DNA of 64,000 nt from Ylistrum balloti (taxonomy: Eukaryota). This document shows, piece by piece, positions 13,477 to 26,180 of this stretch; the stretch's first letter is position 1; each line of letters opens with the position of its first letter. The translations under genes and the position numbers were made by a program. The stretch is taken from assembly GCF_031769215.1 (NCBI RefSeq), contig NW_026781943.1, positions 744,001 to 808,000 on the forward strand, written 5' to 3'. Below the pieces are notes generated by a model. It did no database searches. It was not told the DNA's origin and was given only the letters and a program-made list of their open reading frames with translations.

Positions 13477-13600
13477 CGTTTGATCGAAGTCTAACCCTGA
13501 ACAGAAACTTTGTTGTGGTCCGTAGTTCTCCTTAGTGGTAATGTTTACAACTTTTGTTCTTTTCTTTTATTGTTGATCAGGAAATCGGAAACCACCATTT
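13477..13600 (-). other. Candidate non-coding first exon of a transcript divergent from ARCN1
   Basis: Donor ACG|GTAAGA on the - strand (intron starts at 13476), next to the ARCN1 promoter. No ATG in the exon; the 5' end is approximate. Confidence 0.45.
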
Positions 13601-14115
13601 TCAATGTGGTCACGTGATTGCTAGTGCGAGGAAAAAAGCGAATGTTGATATGAATAAACTATATTTATTTTCAACGGTAAGTCTATGTAATAAACAAGAA
13701 ACAATGAAAACAATAAGCATACTTTATTCTTATTTTTATGTTCATGTTTAAAACAAATATTTTCATTTCCAACACATCCAGCAGTAACGGAGCAAATTTA
13801 ACTTCCGGCGACGAACTACTTCAATCCGCAGAAGAAAATAAATGTAAAATAAAGTGGTGCTAGATTTACATGTTTTGTGCAATTCAGAGTCAAAAAAGAA
13901 AATATAACTTTAAAAGGGTGACTTGAAAAAATACACATCAAAAGTTATGTAGGTATCATCGAAATGGCAAGGAAAATATAACGGATTTGCGGATTGATAT
14001 AAAACTAGATTGACGTGGCTGGAAAGCTGTGCTGACATTCGTGTACTTGGTAGACGAACAACTTCCAACACGTATACGCCAAATTCGACATCAGTTAAAT
14101 CATCTAGTGACAACC
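13600..14115. promoter_or_regulatory. ARCN1 promoter/5'UTR, probably bidirectional
   Basis: CpG-containing island in AT-rich DNA. E-box GTCACGTGA at 13609-13617, ETS motif ACTTCCGG at 13801-13808, UPRE/CREB3-like TGACGTGG at 14011-14018. Confidence 0.6.
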
Positions 14116-17100
14116 ATGGTAATATCTTAAGTGAATTGATTTATTATAATGCCTTGCATTTTTTTGTTTTGATCAGTTATCTGTCGAATCATCTCTGTTT
14201 GTATGCCGGCTTACACCCCCCCCTCACTTCCCTTGAAATTTTGGTAAAGTTAGTGAAAACAGAGCAGAAAAAAAATGAAATAATACGATAGCTTATGCAG
14301 ATGAACACATTGAATTGATATTTCACGATCTTCTTTGAATTACACGACCCGCTTCGCTGTTGTTGAAACCAGAACGGAATTTTCAGATATGTTTTACAAG
14401 AGTACTTAGAAGCTGGAAGAACCTTATAAAATTGCGGAATTGCAGGGTTGCTTTTACAGCTGGATACAGAATAAGAACCACTGACACTAGACTAGAATCT
14501 AGTAATTAACATTGTTATATAAATAATCACACCCTGTCTCTTTTGTTTACACTATTAGGGTATGCAGTACTATATATCAAAATTGGGTAGATACATCTTT
14601 TCTATACCGGTATATACTAAAGCATATTTTTAGGTCATCTTGAAATAAAACATGTGCATGTCACATTCAGAATGAAATTCATCTTAATTACAAACATCAG
14701 TTGAAACTTTCACACTTGTATGATAAAGGAAATATGCTTTCAAAAGCTTGCAAAAGGTAAACAAGGTTATCAAATTTGTACCTGTCATTTATTTAATTTG
14801 AACCCTTTGTCACCATTCAAATGCAACCTTATCACAGTTTATTGTATTATAATTGAAAATCAGCATTCCATTCAACAATAATATGCAGCTAATATTTGAT
14901 GTGAAGTGTTGCAAACATTTCATGGTGAGAAGGTTAAACTATGTTTGTGTGAGGAAAGTTTATAAAGTTATTTTTCCTGATAATAATTAATGACTGTCCA
15001 TAAAGGATAATAATTTCAGCAAATATGTGTTATATTGGTAGCAGTTTAGCCACACGGGGTGTCAGTTGTCAGCTGACTTAAACAGTTACACTTTTTTCTT
15101 TGCTCAAACATTGACAATGACTCGCTATCATTTCTAAACATGTAAAATTATATCTGTAACCAATAGCCTCCTGTCATGATTTTGATAGTTTTTGTTGCTT
15201 CTGAAAAAATATAAAATTTTGGAAGTAATAAAAGTTATGAAAAAGATCCAAAAAATAACAACAAGCAAAAGGTGTTTGTAATTATCAAATGAGATAGGAA
15301 AATTGGTATGATACCTGAAATCAAAAATCTAGATATTTTATATTTTGGATGCTTGCAATTGAGACTAGGCTTGTTAATGTGGTAAACAATGGAAATAAAT
15401 CATGCTGTAAGACAATCAGTACACAATCAACATTATTGATAATTATGTGATAAACAACATTTGGTTACTAGCGTCACTGCAACAGAGAAAATGTAGTTAG
15501 ACAAGACTGGTATTCAAAGCAATAAACACCTGGTCAATTTCTCTCTTCTATTTCTTGTATTCACTCCTAAAACAATACTATTATCAAACCATTTTATTTC
15601 TACTGCATTCCTCTTTATTCAATTTTGTTATTTCCAAGAACGTTGGTTTTCATTTTTTAAAGTTTCAGACCGATATGAAACCTTGAAACAGGTTCAAATT
15701 ATGACTTAATCTCAGGATCATTAAACTCTAGTGGACAATTTTGCATGATTACAAACTCATTTTGGTAATATTAATGCGTGACTGGGAGGGGCGGTCTACC
15801 AAGGACTGTAAAACATGACCAAGAAATATCACTGATTCAAAAACAGATCTTCATGATATGAAATTTGTTCAAAATGTTTTATGCTGAAAAATCAAAAGTA
15901 TAAAGAGTGGTTGATTAAATTATTTGTTTTATGTTAATAGGTGCTGCTGGCAGCAGCGGTATGCAACAAGTCGGGGAAAGGTAAGTAGCTAAATTATCTG
16001 TTATGACTGGTGGCTAGAATTTTACAGTAACATTTATGCTATGGCTTTTTTGCCAAAATTTTTCATTTCTATTCCTAGGTCAGAAACTTCTGTTCTATTG
16101 TATTCTTGTATGTAATTACACACAATGTTCTTTATTTCTTTAATTTCATATTCTAGATATAGTATCACACATCCGAAACCATGAAAATATAGTTGATACT
16201 GCTATAACTGTTTACAATTATGTAATAATTAGTACCTGGGAAGATCTTTTGTGCTCGTTCTGACATCTATTTTTTTTACAAGAGCAAACTTAAACAAGTT
16301 CACTTCACAAAAGATCATTTCATTTCAGTTGTTTTATATCTATAATACCAAGTATCTGTAGTTGTCTTTTGTGGTTGTCATTGCAGCAATCATCTCACGA
16401 CAGTTCGTTGAGATGACACGCTCCCGTATAGAAGGCCTATTGGCTGCCTTCCCTAAGCTGATGAACACAGGCAAGCAGCACACATTTGTGGAGACAGAGA
16501 GTGTACGATATGTGTACCAACCACTAGAGAAGCTCTATGTTGTTCTGATAACCACAAAGGCCAGTAATATATTGGAGGATCTGGAAACTTTAAGACTGTT
16601 TGCCAGAGTAGTAAGTAGCATCATGCTTCTTTGTATATTTTCTGGGTTTATCACCTGTGAACAGCCACAAACAGAATTATTTAAAAGTGAAGCTTTCTTT
16701 CAGTAACTGGTGGCTACCTCACTGAACATCATGCAGAAAGCATAAAATGTGTCATTCTAAGCATTTTGGATTAAGTGCCTTTGTCATGGACATATTGATA
16801 ACAATGCTTTAGGGATTAACTGATTAAGCAGATATTCTATTATATTTAACACGATTGAAAAATTTATTACGTATTTGACATTTAACTACTATCCTGTAAA
16901 CTTCTGTCAAAGTAAAAAAAAATTGAAGTCCGAGATCAACGAAAACACTAAAAGCCAGTATAAATTACATATCACACCTGTTTGTGTGTGAATGAAAATA
17001 TCTGAAAAGCAATCTTTATGTACATTAGTACATTTCTATGGTCACAATATCTTTTGTATTTTTTAATAAAAAATTAACTGAGAATGTGTCAAAAGCATGT

Positions 17101-20100
17101 GATAATGAAGTATATACAATAATCTTATTACCATGATTGCTGAGTTGTCTTTCTGCTTTACAGATACCAGAGTACTGCAGAAACATGGAGGAAAGTGATA
17201 TCGTAGATCAAGCCTTCCCTCTCATCTTTGCATTTGACGAGGTGGTCGCTTTAGGTTATCGAGAAAATGTCAACCTGGCACAAATTCGTACATTTACAGA
17301 AATGGACTCGCATGAGGAGGCTGTAGCAAAGTCTGTTCGAGAGGTAAGCAAATCTCCTGGTATTCCTCCATACAAAACCACCTACCCCAGAAAATAATCA
17401 GAGTGAAGGAAACCAAATAGACACATCTTTTTAACTGGTTATTGTTGTTTTAATTCAAGCAAAAACATAGATATCAGGATGGAAATACAAAATTTTGTTT
17501 TCATTGACCTATTTAAGAAGTATTATTGCCAAACCCAGTCTTCCAACGCAAATTGATTGAGAGATACAACAATTATTGTTATCTAACCTAATCCCTCGGT
17601 TCTGTTGTTATATACATTGTAGACACAAGAAAGAGAAGCCAAGGATCTAATGAAAAAGAGAGCCAAGGAACTTCAGGCACAACGGCGCGATGCCCAGAAA
17701 AGTGGGGGCCGCAGTGCTGGATTTGGTGGTGGGTTTGGAAGTTCATCCTATTCATCTTCATCCCAAAGTTCTGTCATGGACACACCTACCGACACACCTA
17801 AGCCCTCATACACAGCACCTGCCAGGTAGGAATGCTATCTTCTCTTATCAAATTGTGTATTCTCTTTTTTTTAAGTATTTTTCAATTTATATCCCTACCA
17901 TTTTCATGGTGTTTAGAGTGTTACCAAGGCCTTTCCTGTCATGACGTGTAGTCAAATATCAAGTTCACCTCTCAGAATTTAGACAGAAGTTACGTGTTGG
18001 CCCTTTGGGCTAATTGCATGATAAATATATTTGAGACTGAAATTCTCTGCCAGTTTTATTGATGACCATAGTTGCTGCAGTGTTCATATTTTCTCTATGT
18101 CTGGTCTTTGAATTACAGCCGACCGACAGGTGGAGGAAAAGCCTTGCGTTTGGGAAGTAAGAAGAAGGATGTAGACACATTTGTTGGACAGCTGGAGTCA
18201 GAGGGAGAAAGTATGTACAGAGGAAACTGTCAGAAATAGGTTTATGATATTGAGAGCTTAACAAGATAATATTGCTATCAAGTGATCTTATCTCATTTGA
18301 TTAATAGACAGGTTTATTCTGTTAGGAAATGGTTTTATTTTTCCAATTAGAAGGGTTTTACTAAAAGCTATGGCTAACCTAGTTGTTGAGTTACTGTAAA
18401 GACAGATATTTTTTCTTCTTTTGTTACTCTATCCTTTCCATCCTTGGACAAGTTAGGAATCAGAATAATTCTTAACAAATATAAATATTTCTCAAAGAGT
18501 TAACCCTGTAAATTTCTCACTAAAGAAAATCAACCATTGGCAGGTGCTCTAAAAAAAATGCAGCTGGAAGTAAATATGGTACTGTTTGAATGAATTCTAT
18601 TGTAAGTTTGATGGACTTTTTTGTGTGTTTTTTTTGTTGTTGTTGAGAATGCTGAAAAGAACTATGTTTGGTGTAATTTATGTTGATGTTTACAGAAGTA
18701 TCCAAGGCAACAACATCCCTGTCTTCAACAGTAGCCAAAGCCAGTACACCAGCAGTAGACCAGGATGGGTAAGTGGGCTATCATAAAAAAAATCGTCTGA
18801 CAGTAGATGATTCTGATGCAGTGGAGTTTAAGATTATTCCATAAGAGATTTATTGGTTGGAGAATGTTGATAGATTGGATATGATCTGATTTTGTTTTGA
18901 TCTGATGAAATAAGATGGAAAATTTTGTTTTGATGGAGATTAAATTTGTTTAAATTGAACCTGTATAATGTGTATGAATAGGTTTCATCATTTATATCAT
19001 GTATTTTGATTCAATCCATATGATCAAATTTTGCATCTCATTTGTTAGTGTTTCAGATAATTTATACCAATACTTGGTCAAAATTTGAAATTGAATGTTT
19101 GAATTTTGGTTTTACCATACACATCAGTAAAGATTTCAAACATTGAAATTGTGTTTTTTTGACAGAGTCCACATTGCAATAGAGGAAAAGATCTCCGTAT
19201 CTGCAGGTCGTGACGGTGGCTTACAGAATATGGAGATACATGGAATGTGCAAAGTCAAGGTGAATGACTCTGATTGTGGTCGTATCAAGATCAACATGGT
19301 GAACAATGACCAGAGAGGCATTCAGATGCAGGTAAGTACATGCATATCTCTACTTTAGTAATTTGCGAAGAAACTGAAGATTTTTTCATGGGTACATCTC
19401 TAAAAACGGTTCACATTTTTCTTATCATTGGTTTGGAATGGGTCCTTTTTGCCTCATTTTGGGGGAAAATTTATGAATTGGGAAGGAAATTTTCTAGAGT
19501 AAAGTTCAAATTTTGGTAATTCGGTTTATGGAAGATATGCAACAAATTCAAGTGGGAATGGGGCCCATTATCACCTCCAAAAAGTCTCAGAAGATATCCT
19601 GATACGAGAGATTGGTTTCAGTGACCACCTTTCATGCTTATAAGGCATCAAATTCATGAAAATATAGATCGTTCTTGGGTAAGGAGGTCTTGTTGTTGCA
19701 ATGGTAACATATAAAAAGACACAGCTGAGGTATGTGTTGAGCACTGCTCAGATTATAATTGAAAAACATAACTATTGTTGTGTTCATTTCATATACTTTA
19801 TTCATAATACAAAAACCAATAATCGTAATAACTATATCGTTACAAAAAAGAGAGCTGAAGGGAAACCATTCATTTCTTTTGTAGACTCATCCAAACATAG
19901 ACAAAAAATTGTTCAACTCAACATCATGTGTAGTTCTAAAGAACCCAGACAAACCTTTCCCTATTGGCCAAGATGTGGGTGTTCTTAAGTGGAGGTTCCA
20001 GACACAAGATGAGGCTTTCATGCCTTTGTCAAGTAAGTATAAATATCCTGGGCAATATAACTTTAAAGATATCCCAGTTGATCCCTCTAGTCGTGGTTAT

Positions 20101-22151
20101 GAAGAAGAAAATTATTTGTTGAAGGTTTTTGTTGATTTTAAAATGTTACATTGTTCATCTTTAACTTAAATATTTGTAAGAGCTTTGACTTTGAAATGCC
20201 TTATTACTGACCTTCATATTTGACAAGAATATTTGAATGAGTAAAGATATCTAAACAGTTTTTCTAAGCCTACCATCATCAGATGATGGCCTATTAAAAT
20301 CGCCCTTCGTCTTTAGTCCATACATCTGTGAAGAATTTTTGTTGTCACTATTTCTTGAAAAGGACTGGATGGGTCTTTCTCAGATCTCATATGTAGGGTT
20401 CTTTCCTTTGATCCCTAGTTGTGTCCAATTGATTTTGAGACTGATCAGAAAAAGAAAATGGACACCAGGTGGCCATATTGGATTTCAAAGTTGAAAGTTT
20501 GTAATTGCTATTTCAAAGAGGAATGTTCAAATTTCATGTAATTAAGAGCAAAACAGAGGAGAAAAGAAGTAAAAAGATCCAAACGACCCCCCCCCCCCCC
20601 AAAAAAAAAAAAAAAAGAGAGTAAAAAGATCAAACAATGTTATGGCACAAAAATCCCTCTGGGATCTCTTGTTTACTTTTTGGGCAACACAAAACTTTCA
20701 AAATTTGTGTTTATTCTGTTCTTAGACTCAAGGAAACAAAATATATATTATGGAACAGAATGACATGTTGATATTATTATCCCTTTTGGTTTTCTGATCT
20801 AGAAAAGGCTTTTTTTTTATGGTGATTGTTTTTTATTCATTTATTGGAAAAATAAATGAAATGACGTTTTTTCAGCATGAATCACTTAGCATTTTAATGA
20901 GACTTTCTCTCTAGATAACAAAGTTTTGGTTTCTTTAAACAGTAAACTGTTGGCCAAATGAGACACCAGATGGCTGTGAGGTGAATATTGAGTATGGCCT
21001 AGAACAGCCTTCACTGGAACTGCAAGATGTACTCATCACAATTCCTCTCCCGTAAGTATCCTAAAACTACCTCTAAATCTTACAAATATTTGAAATTGAA
21101 ATTCTTTTCATGAGAATCGACAAAAAAAGAAAAAAACTATTTCACTTTCTTACTAAGGAAAATGATTTACTACAGTGCTTGTCTGGCATTAAGCCCATGC
21201 TTTGAAACAAGCCCACAATATAATACTGTTCAGTAAAAATTTTAACAATGGCCTTTCATTGTCCTGTGATAAGCTCACCTCCTGACATTGGCATTAGGTT
21301 TGCCCCTTGGACATAGAGAACTTACTGCTTGTAATGTTGATTGCAGGTCGGGTGTTGGTGGACCAGTTGTCGGAGACTGTGATGGCGAATATAATTATGA
21401 TAGTCGAAAAAACCAGCTACAGTGGTCCCTTCCTGTAATAGACAAATCCAATAAGAATGGCACTCTAGAATTCAGTATAGCCGGTCATCCCGATGATTTC
21501 TTCCCTGTCGACGTGTCATTTGTGTCCAAATTATCATACTGTGATTTACAGGTATGTTGTTTGTGTATAGGTGATTGTGATCAAGTTATATCATATATGT
21601 TGGAAATACCTCACCCTTAATATGTAGTCAAAAATTTTTTTTTTTGAAAGATAAATTTGAAATATTCTTGATGAAAATAGTTTTACTAGTGTATACCAAA
21701 GAATATTGGTCAAAAACGGCTGAAATTGCCTTAAATGACTTATGATAAGATTCTGAGAAAATGGTCAATCTTGAAAATGAAACTTTTCAGATTTTCCTGA
21801 ATGATCTCAAAGTTTCAAAACTCCTAGAGATTATTAAGATTTAAAACAGTTCTTGATTCTGATGTGCCAGTGACCAGCAACAAGCTTTTAGCTGGCAGCT
21901 TTCATTTATATATGTATTTTTTCTGGGCTTGCACTTGCCATGCACAAAAATGGTAAACGAGCAACCTTGCCACCACCTAATGATGACCAGGTTACCGTAC
22001 ATTCTAAGGAATTTAAGTTTCATCAATCATTTTTAATATTAAGGTCTTGTTATCTTTTCAGATTTCGGAGGTCGTGATGTTGGATGGTGAACAACCAGTT
22101 AAATATTCATCAGAAACGCTGTTTTATGTGGACAAATATGAATTTGTGTAG
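14116..22151 (+). CDS. ARCN1: Coatomer subunit delta (archain 1, delta-COP), 510 aa. Coding exons: 14116-14118, 15941-15980, 16387-16610, 17164-17343, 17623-17825, 18119-18210, 18696-18768, 19166-19331, 19885-20032, 20943-21051, 21347-21551, 22062-22151
   Basis: All introns are GT-AG with consistent phases and total 1533 nt. Translation [60 protein letters not shown]...[13 protein letters not shown]...INCWPNE...[10 protein letters not shown]...VDKYEFV* matches the longin and mu-homology domains of delta-COP. Confidence 0.98.
20262..20673 (+). mobile_element. HINE-like (Helentron-associated) non-autonomous element in ARCN1 intron 9, degenerate
   Basis: 5' hairpin CCATCATC-A-GATGATGG (20273-20289), then a CGTC/GTCC-like microsatellite remnant, and a 3' end GGGATCTCTTGTT. 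Its 3' part is also found at 41050-41185. Family assignment is from recalled bivalve repeat structure. Confidence 0.55.
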
Positions 22152-23841
22152 GAATCATGAACTATTCTAATTTCTTTTGTTTATTGAGACATTGGCAGCA
22201 GTCTGGTGCACTTGATATGTATCTTTGGGGGACTTAGTGGCAGACTAGCTCATACAAAAGCCATACATCAGACATAATCCAGATGTTCTGCAAAAGGTCA
22301 TCTGTTTCTTTTCTGCTTTTGAAGGACATTGAGCCCTCGCTGATCACTATAAACACAGACTGGCTGTAGCTGCCAAAAAGGCGGCAGATTGTATTTAAGA
22401 ATATTTCTGCCACACATCGTTCGGTTTTAAAAATCAGACATGTAAACCAGTGCAGGATTTGAATGTACTGGATTTGTACACTACAAACTGAAAGAGACAA
22501 CAGAAAGTGCTGAAAGGTTTGCAACTGAAAGTCATGAAGCATCATATAAATTAAGTAGTGCATGTTTATAATATTCGTCAGTTTATTTAACACAAACTGA
22601 TGTGTATGTTTTTGTCCCATTGTCAAGGTGTTCATACATGACAATGATATCTTTTACCTTCAAATCAATTATATATCGAAGGTTTGGAGGGTATTCCTAG
22701 AAATGGTTAAGGCTGTGCTTAGAATTATCACAAACAAGAAATTTGAGACAATGCTGGGTGAGGTTTTTTTGAACACCTGTGGACTGAGTATCAATTAGAT
22801 GCTTAGGTGCAATGATATATGTTCTTCACAGGCCAAATTTCTCCTTAATTGTCGGGCTTTGTTGGAGGGGTAGGGGTGGATTCAAATCATACTTTGTGAA
22901 CAAGTGATATCTTCATCTCATAGGATCAGGTCTTTATTTATGTGTGAAAGGACTGTAATGCAGCTGTTCACGACTAAAAAAGGATATCATCTCTTTCGTT
23001 GCAGCGGTCAGAGGATACAGTGAGAGATGGTTGTTTTAGACCTATGAGGAAGGTATTTATATCTGTTTGAAGGCTGGACACTTATTTATCTCTGTAGAGG
23101 CTCAGGGAATTTGCCTCCAACACATTATATTAGAAAAGTATATTTTGCATAGAGGCCATATGTATACTAGCTATTTACAAAGACGGTATTCCATTATCAG
23201 GGAAAGGGTTTGGAGGAGGTCAGACTTTACCTATTTTCATTTGAGGACTTGTCAAGGCTTTCATTCCTAATGATTAACATTGGTTCAATTCACATATTTA
23301 AGCCCCTGAGTTTGGAATAATGTCTGAATATTTTTTCTTGGCTCTGAATTCAGCAACATAATTTTGTCACTAATCGGAATAATGATTAATTTTAGTCTGT
23401 GAAGCATTGAAAAGAGGATATTGAAGTTGCTGACAGGATACAGGAGAGAACAGAAATGTGAAGCTAGTATGCTAGTGAAGGGAACTTCAAGTATACACAC
23501 AGGTGTAAGAGACAGGAAACGGTTCAATAATGGGGAGGTTGTTTTTTTAATTAGAATTAGATGGTTGAGTGGAGGAAAGAGGGTTTGGAGGTGGGGGGGG
23601 AGTGAAGGTTAAAGTAAATGATGGGGGAAGTTTTTGTTGGCTGGTGAGCATTAGGAGAGGGTTAAGTAATCGGGAGGGTCTTTTGTTGTTGACTGGGTTG
23701 GTGAAGAGGGGCATGTATGATAGATATGATAGATAAATATATATAAGGAGGTGTGCGAGAGACGTGATATATTGTCCATAGGTCTGGGTGATACCTGACC
23801 ACATGAGACCGTGTCAGTCTGTGTTGTAATATTTATATCTC

Positions 23842-23847
23842 AATAAA
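23842..23847 (+). terminator. Candidate ARCN1 polyadenylation signal
   Basis: First AATAAA I found after the stop codon, implying a ~1.7-kb 3'UTR; it is followed by GT-rich sequence. Confidence 0.5.
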
Positions 23848-24126
23848 GACTGGGAACCACTCTCTTGTCAGCTGTGTTTGTTAACAGAAGCTTACAAAAA
23901 TAATGGAAATTCATTTTGATTTTTCTTCAGCACTGTATCTTTAATAAAACAACCGGACATTATGACAATATCTTAGAAGATATGAAATATGCTTCATAAA
24001 ACCATTTCCTGTAGCCTTTTAATGACCTGCAGGTCATCTTAATTCTGAAATTTTACGCCTGGCTAGTTTCACTTTGGGGTGGAGAGAAGGCAATTTCCAT
24101 CAGAGGAGAAAGATTATTAAGTTGCC

Positions 24127-24617
24127 AATATATACAAGGCTTCCTTATATGGAATCTAACCCTTCCACAAGAGGGTGAATATTAATTTTAATATACATGG
24201 CTTCCTTATTTGGAATCTAACCCTCCAACAAGAGGGTGAATATTAATTTCAATATACAAGGCTTCCTTATATGGAATCTAACCCTTCCACAAGAGGGTGA
24301 ATATTAATTTTAATATACATGGCTTCCTTATTTGGAATCTAACCCTCCAACAAGAGGGTGAATATTAATTCTAATATACAAGGCTTCCTTATATGGAATC
24401 TAACCCTCCCACAAGAGGGTGAATATTAATTTCAATATACAAGGCTTCCTTATATGGAATCTAACCCTCCCACAAGAGGGTGAATATTAATTCTAATATA
24501 CAAGGCTTCCTTATATGGAATCTAACCCTCCCACAAGAGGGTGAATATTAATTCTAATATACAAGGCTTCTTTATATGGAATCTAACCCTCCCACAAGAG
24601 GATGAATATTAATTCTT
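24127..24617. repeat. Tandem array A: 61-bp unit, ~8 copies
   Basis: Unit AATATACAAGGCTTCCTTATATGGAATCTAACCCTCCCACAAGAGGGTGAATATTAATTCT; period 61 checked at 24136/24197/24258. Confidence 0.95.
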
Positions 24618-24639
24618 ATAGATCCCTACAATCTTTCTC

Positions 24640-25925
24640 CTAAGGAAGAGTTTTCCCTAATATTTCCTTTTGGGTCGAGATCTCGCCCATCTTCCCCCTT
24701 TGAATCCCCCAAATCTTCCCCTTAGGATGAGATCTCCCTAATATACCCCCTTTGTTTGAGATCTCCCTAATCTTCCCATTGTGATGAGACCCCTAATCTA
24801 CCCCGTTTGGTTGAGATCTCCCTAATCTAACCCCTTTGTTTGAGATCTCCCTAATCTTCCCATTGGGATGAGACCCCTTATCTACCCCGTTTGGTTGAGA
24901 TCTCCCTAATCTAACCCCTTTGGTTGAGATCTCCCTAATCTTCCCCTTAGGATGAGACCCCTAATCTACCCCCTTTGGTTGAGATCTCCCTAATCTTCCC
25001 ATTCGGATGAGACCCCTTATCTACCCCCTTTGGTTGAGATCTCCCTAATCTTCCCCTTAGGACGAGATCTCCCTAATCTTCCCCTTAGGATGAGATCTCC
25101 CTAATCTTCCCCTTAGGATGAGATCTCCCTAATCTTCCCCTTAGGACGAGATCTCCCTAATCTTCCCCTTTGGTTGAGATCTCCCTAATCTTCCCCCTTT
25201 GGTTGAGGTCTCCCTAATCTTCCCCTTAGGATGAGATCTCCCTAATCTTCCCCTTAGGATGAGATCTCCCTAATCTACCCCCTTTGGTTGAGATCTCCCT
25301 AATCTTCCCCTTTGGTTGAGATCTCCCTAATCTTCCCCTTTGGTTGAGATCTCCCTAATCTTCCCCTTAGGATGAGATCTCCCTAATCTACCCCCTTTGG
25401 TTGAGATCTCCCTAATCTTCCCATTGGGATGAGACCCCTAATCTACCCCCTTTGGTTGAGATCTCCCTAATCTTCCCCTTAGGATGAGATCTCCCTAATC
25501 TACCCCCTTTGGTTGAGATCTCCCTAATCTTCTCTTTAGGATGAGACCCCTAATCTACCCCCTGCGGTTGAGATCTCCTTAATCTTCCCTTTAGGATGAG
25601 ACCCCACATCTACCCCCTTTGGTTGAGATCTCCCTAATCTTCCCTTTAGGATGAGACCCCTAATCTACCCCCTGCGGTTGAGATCTCCCTAATCTTCCCT
25701 TTAGGATGAGACCCCTAATCTACCCCCTGCGATTGAAATCTCCCTAATCTTCCCATTGGGATGAGACCCCTAATCTACCCCCTGCGGTTGAGATCTCCCT
25801 AATATACCCCCTTCGGTTGAGATTTGCCTAATCTTCCCATTGGGATGAGACTCCTTTTATCTTTCCTCAGATGAGATCCCCCAATCTTTCAACTTTGGTT
25901 CAGATCCCTCCTAATCTTCCCCTGC
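24640..25925. repeat. Tandem array B: 27-29-bp C-rich units, ~45 copies, almost all containing CCCTAA
   Basis: Variants GAGATCTCCCTAATCTTCCCCTTAGGAT, GAGATCTCCCTAATCTACCCCCTTTGGTT and GAGACCCCTAATCTACCCCCTGCGGTT. Confidence 0.95.
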
Positions 25926-26180
25926 CGCAGTATCAGCATTTATTTGCATAGCCAAGGTAAATGATATTTGACAGAAGTAATCATTCACATCATCGGAGAT
26001 AAAATGGCAGAAGCCTTCTCTTATCCTGATTGTAATATTTAAAATACAAGATGAAACAAATTTTGTTCAATATCTTTAATATTCTGGTGAATGCAGTAGC
26101 AAATGGTGACGAATCATTACAAGCTGCGACAGAAGCTTATATCAGTATCATACACATACAGTGTTAAGCTTGTAGGTGAT

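Noticed and set aside
14119-22061. Intronic snoRNAs in ARCN1
   Set aside because: I saw no convincing C/D box pair with a terminal stem and no H/ACA structure by eye; a covariance-model scan would be needed.
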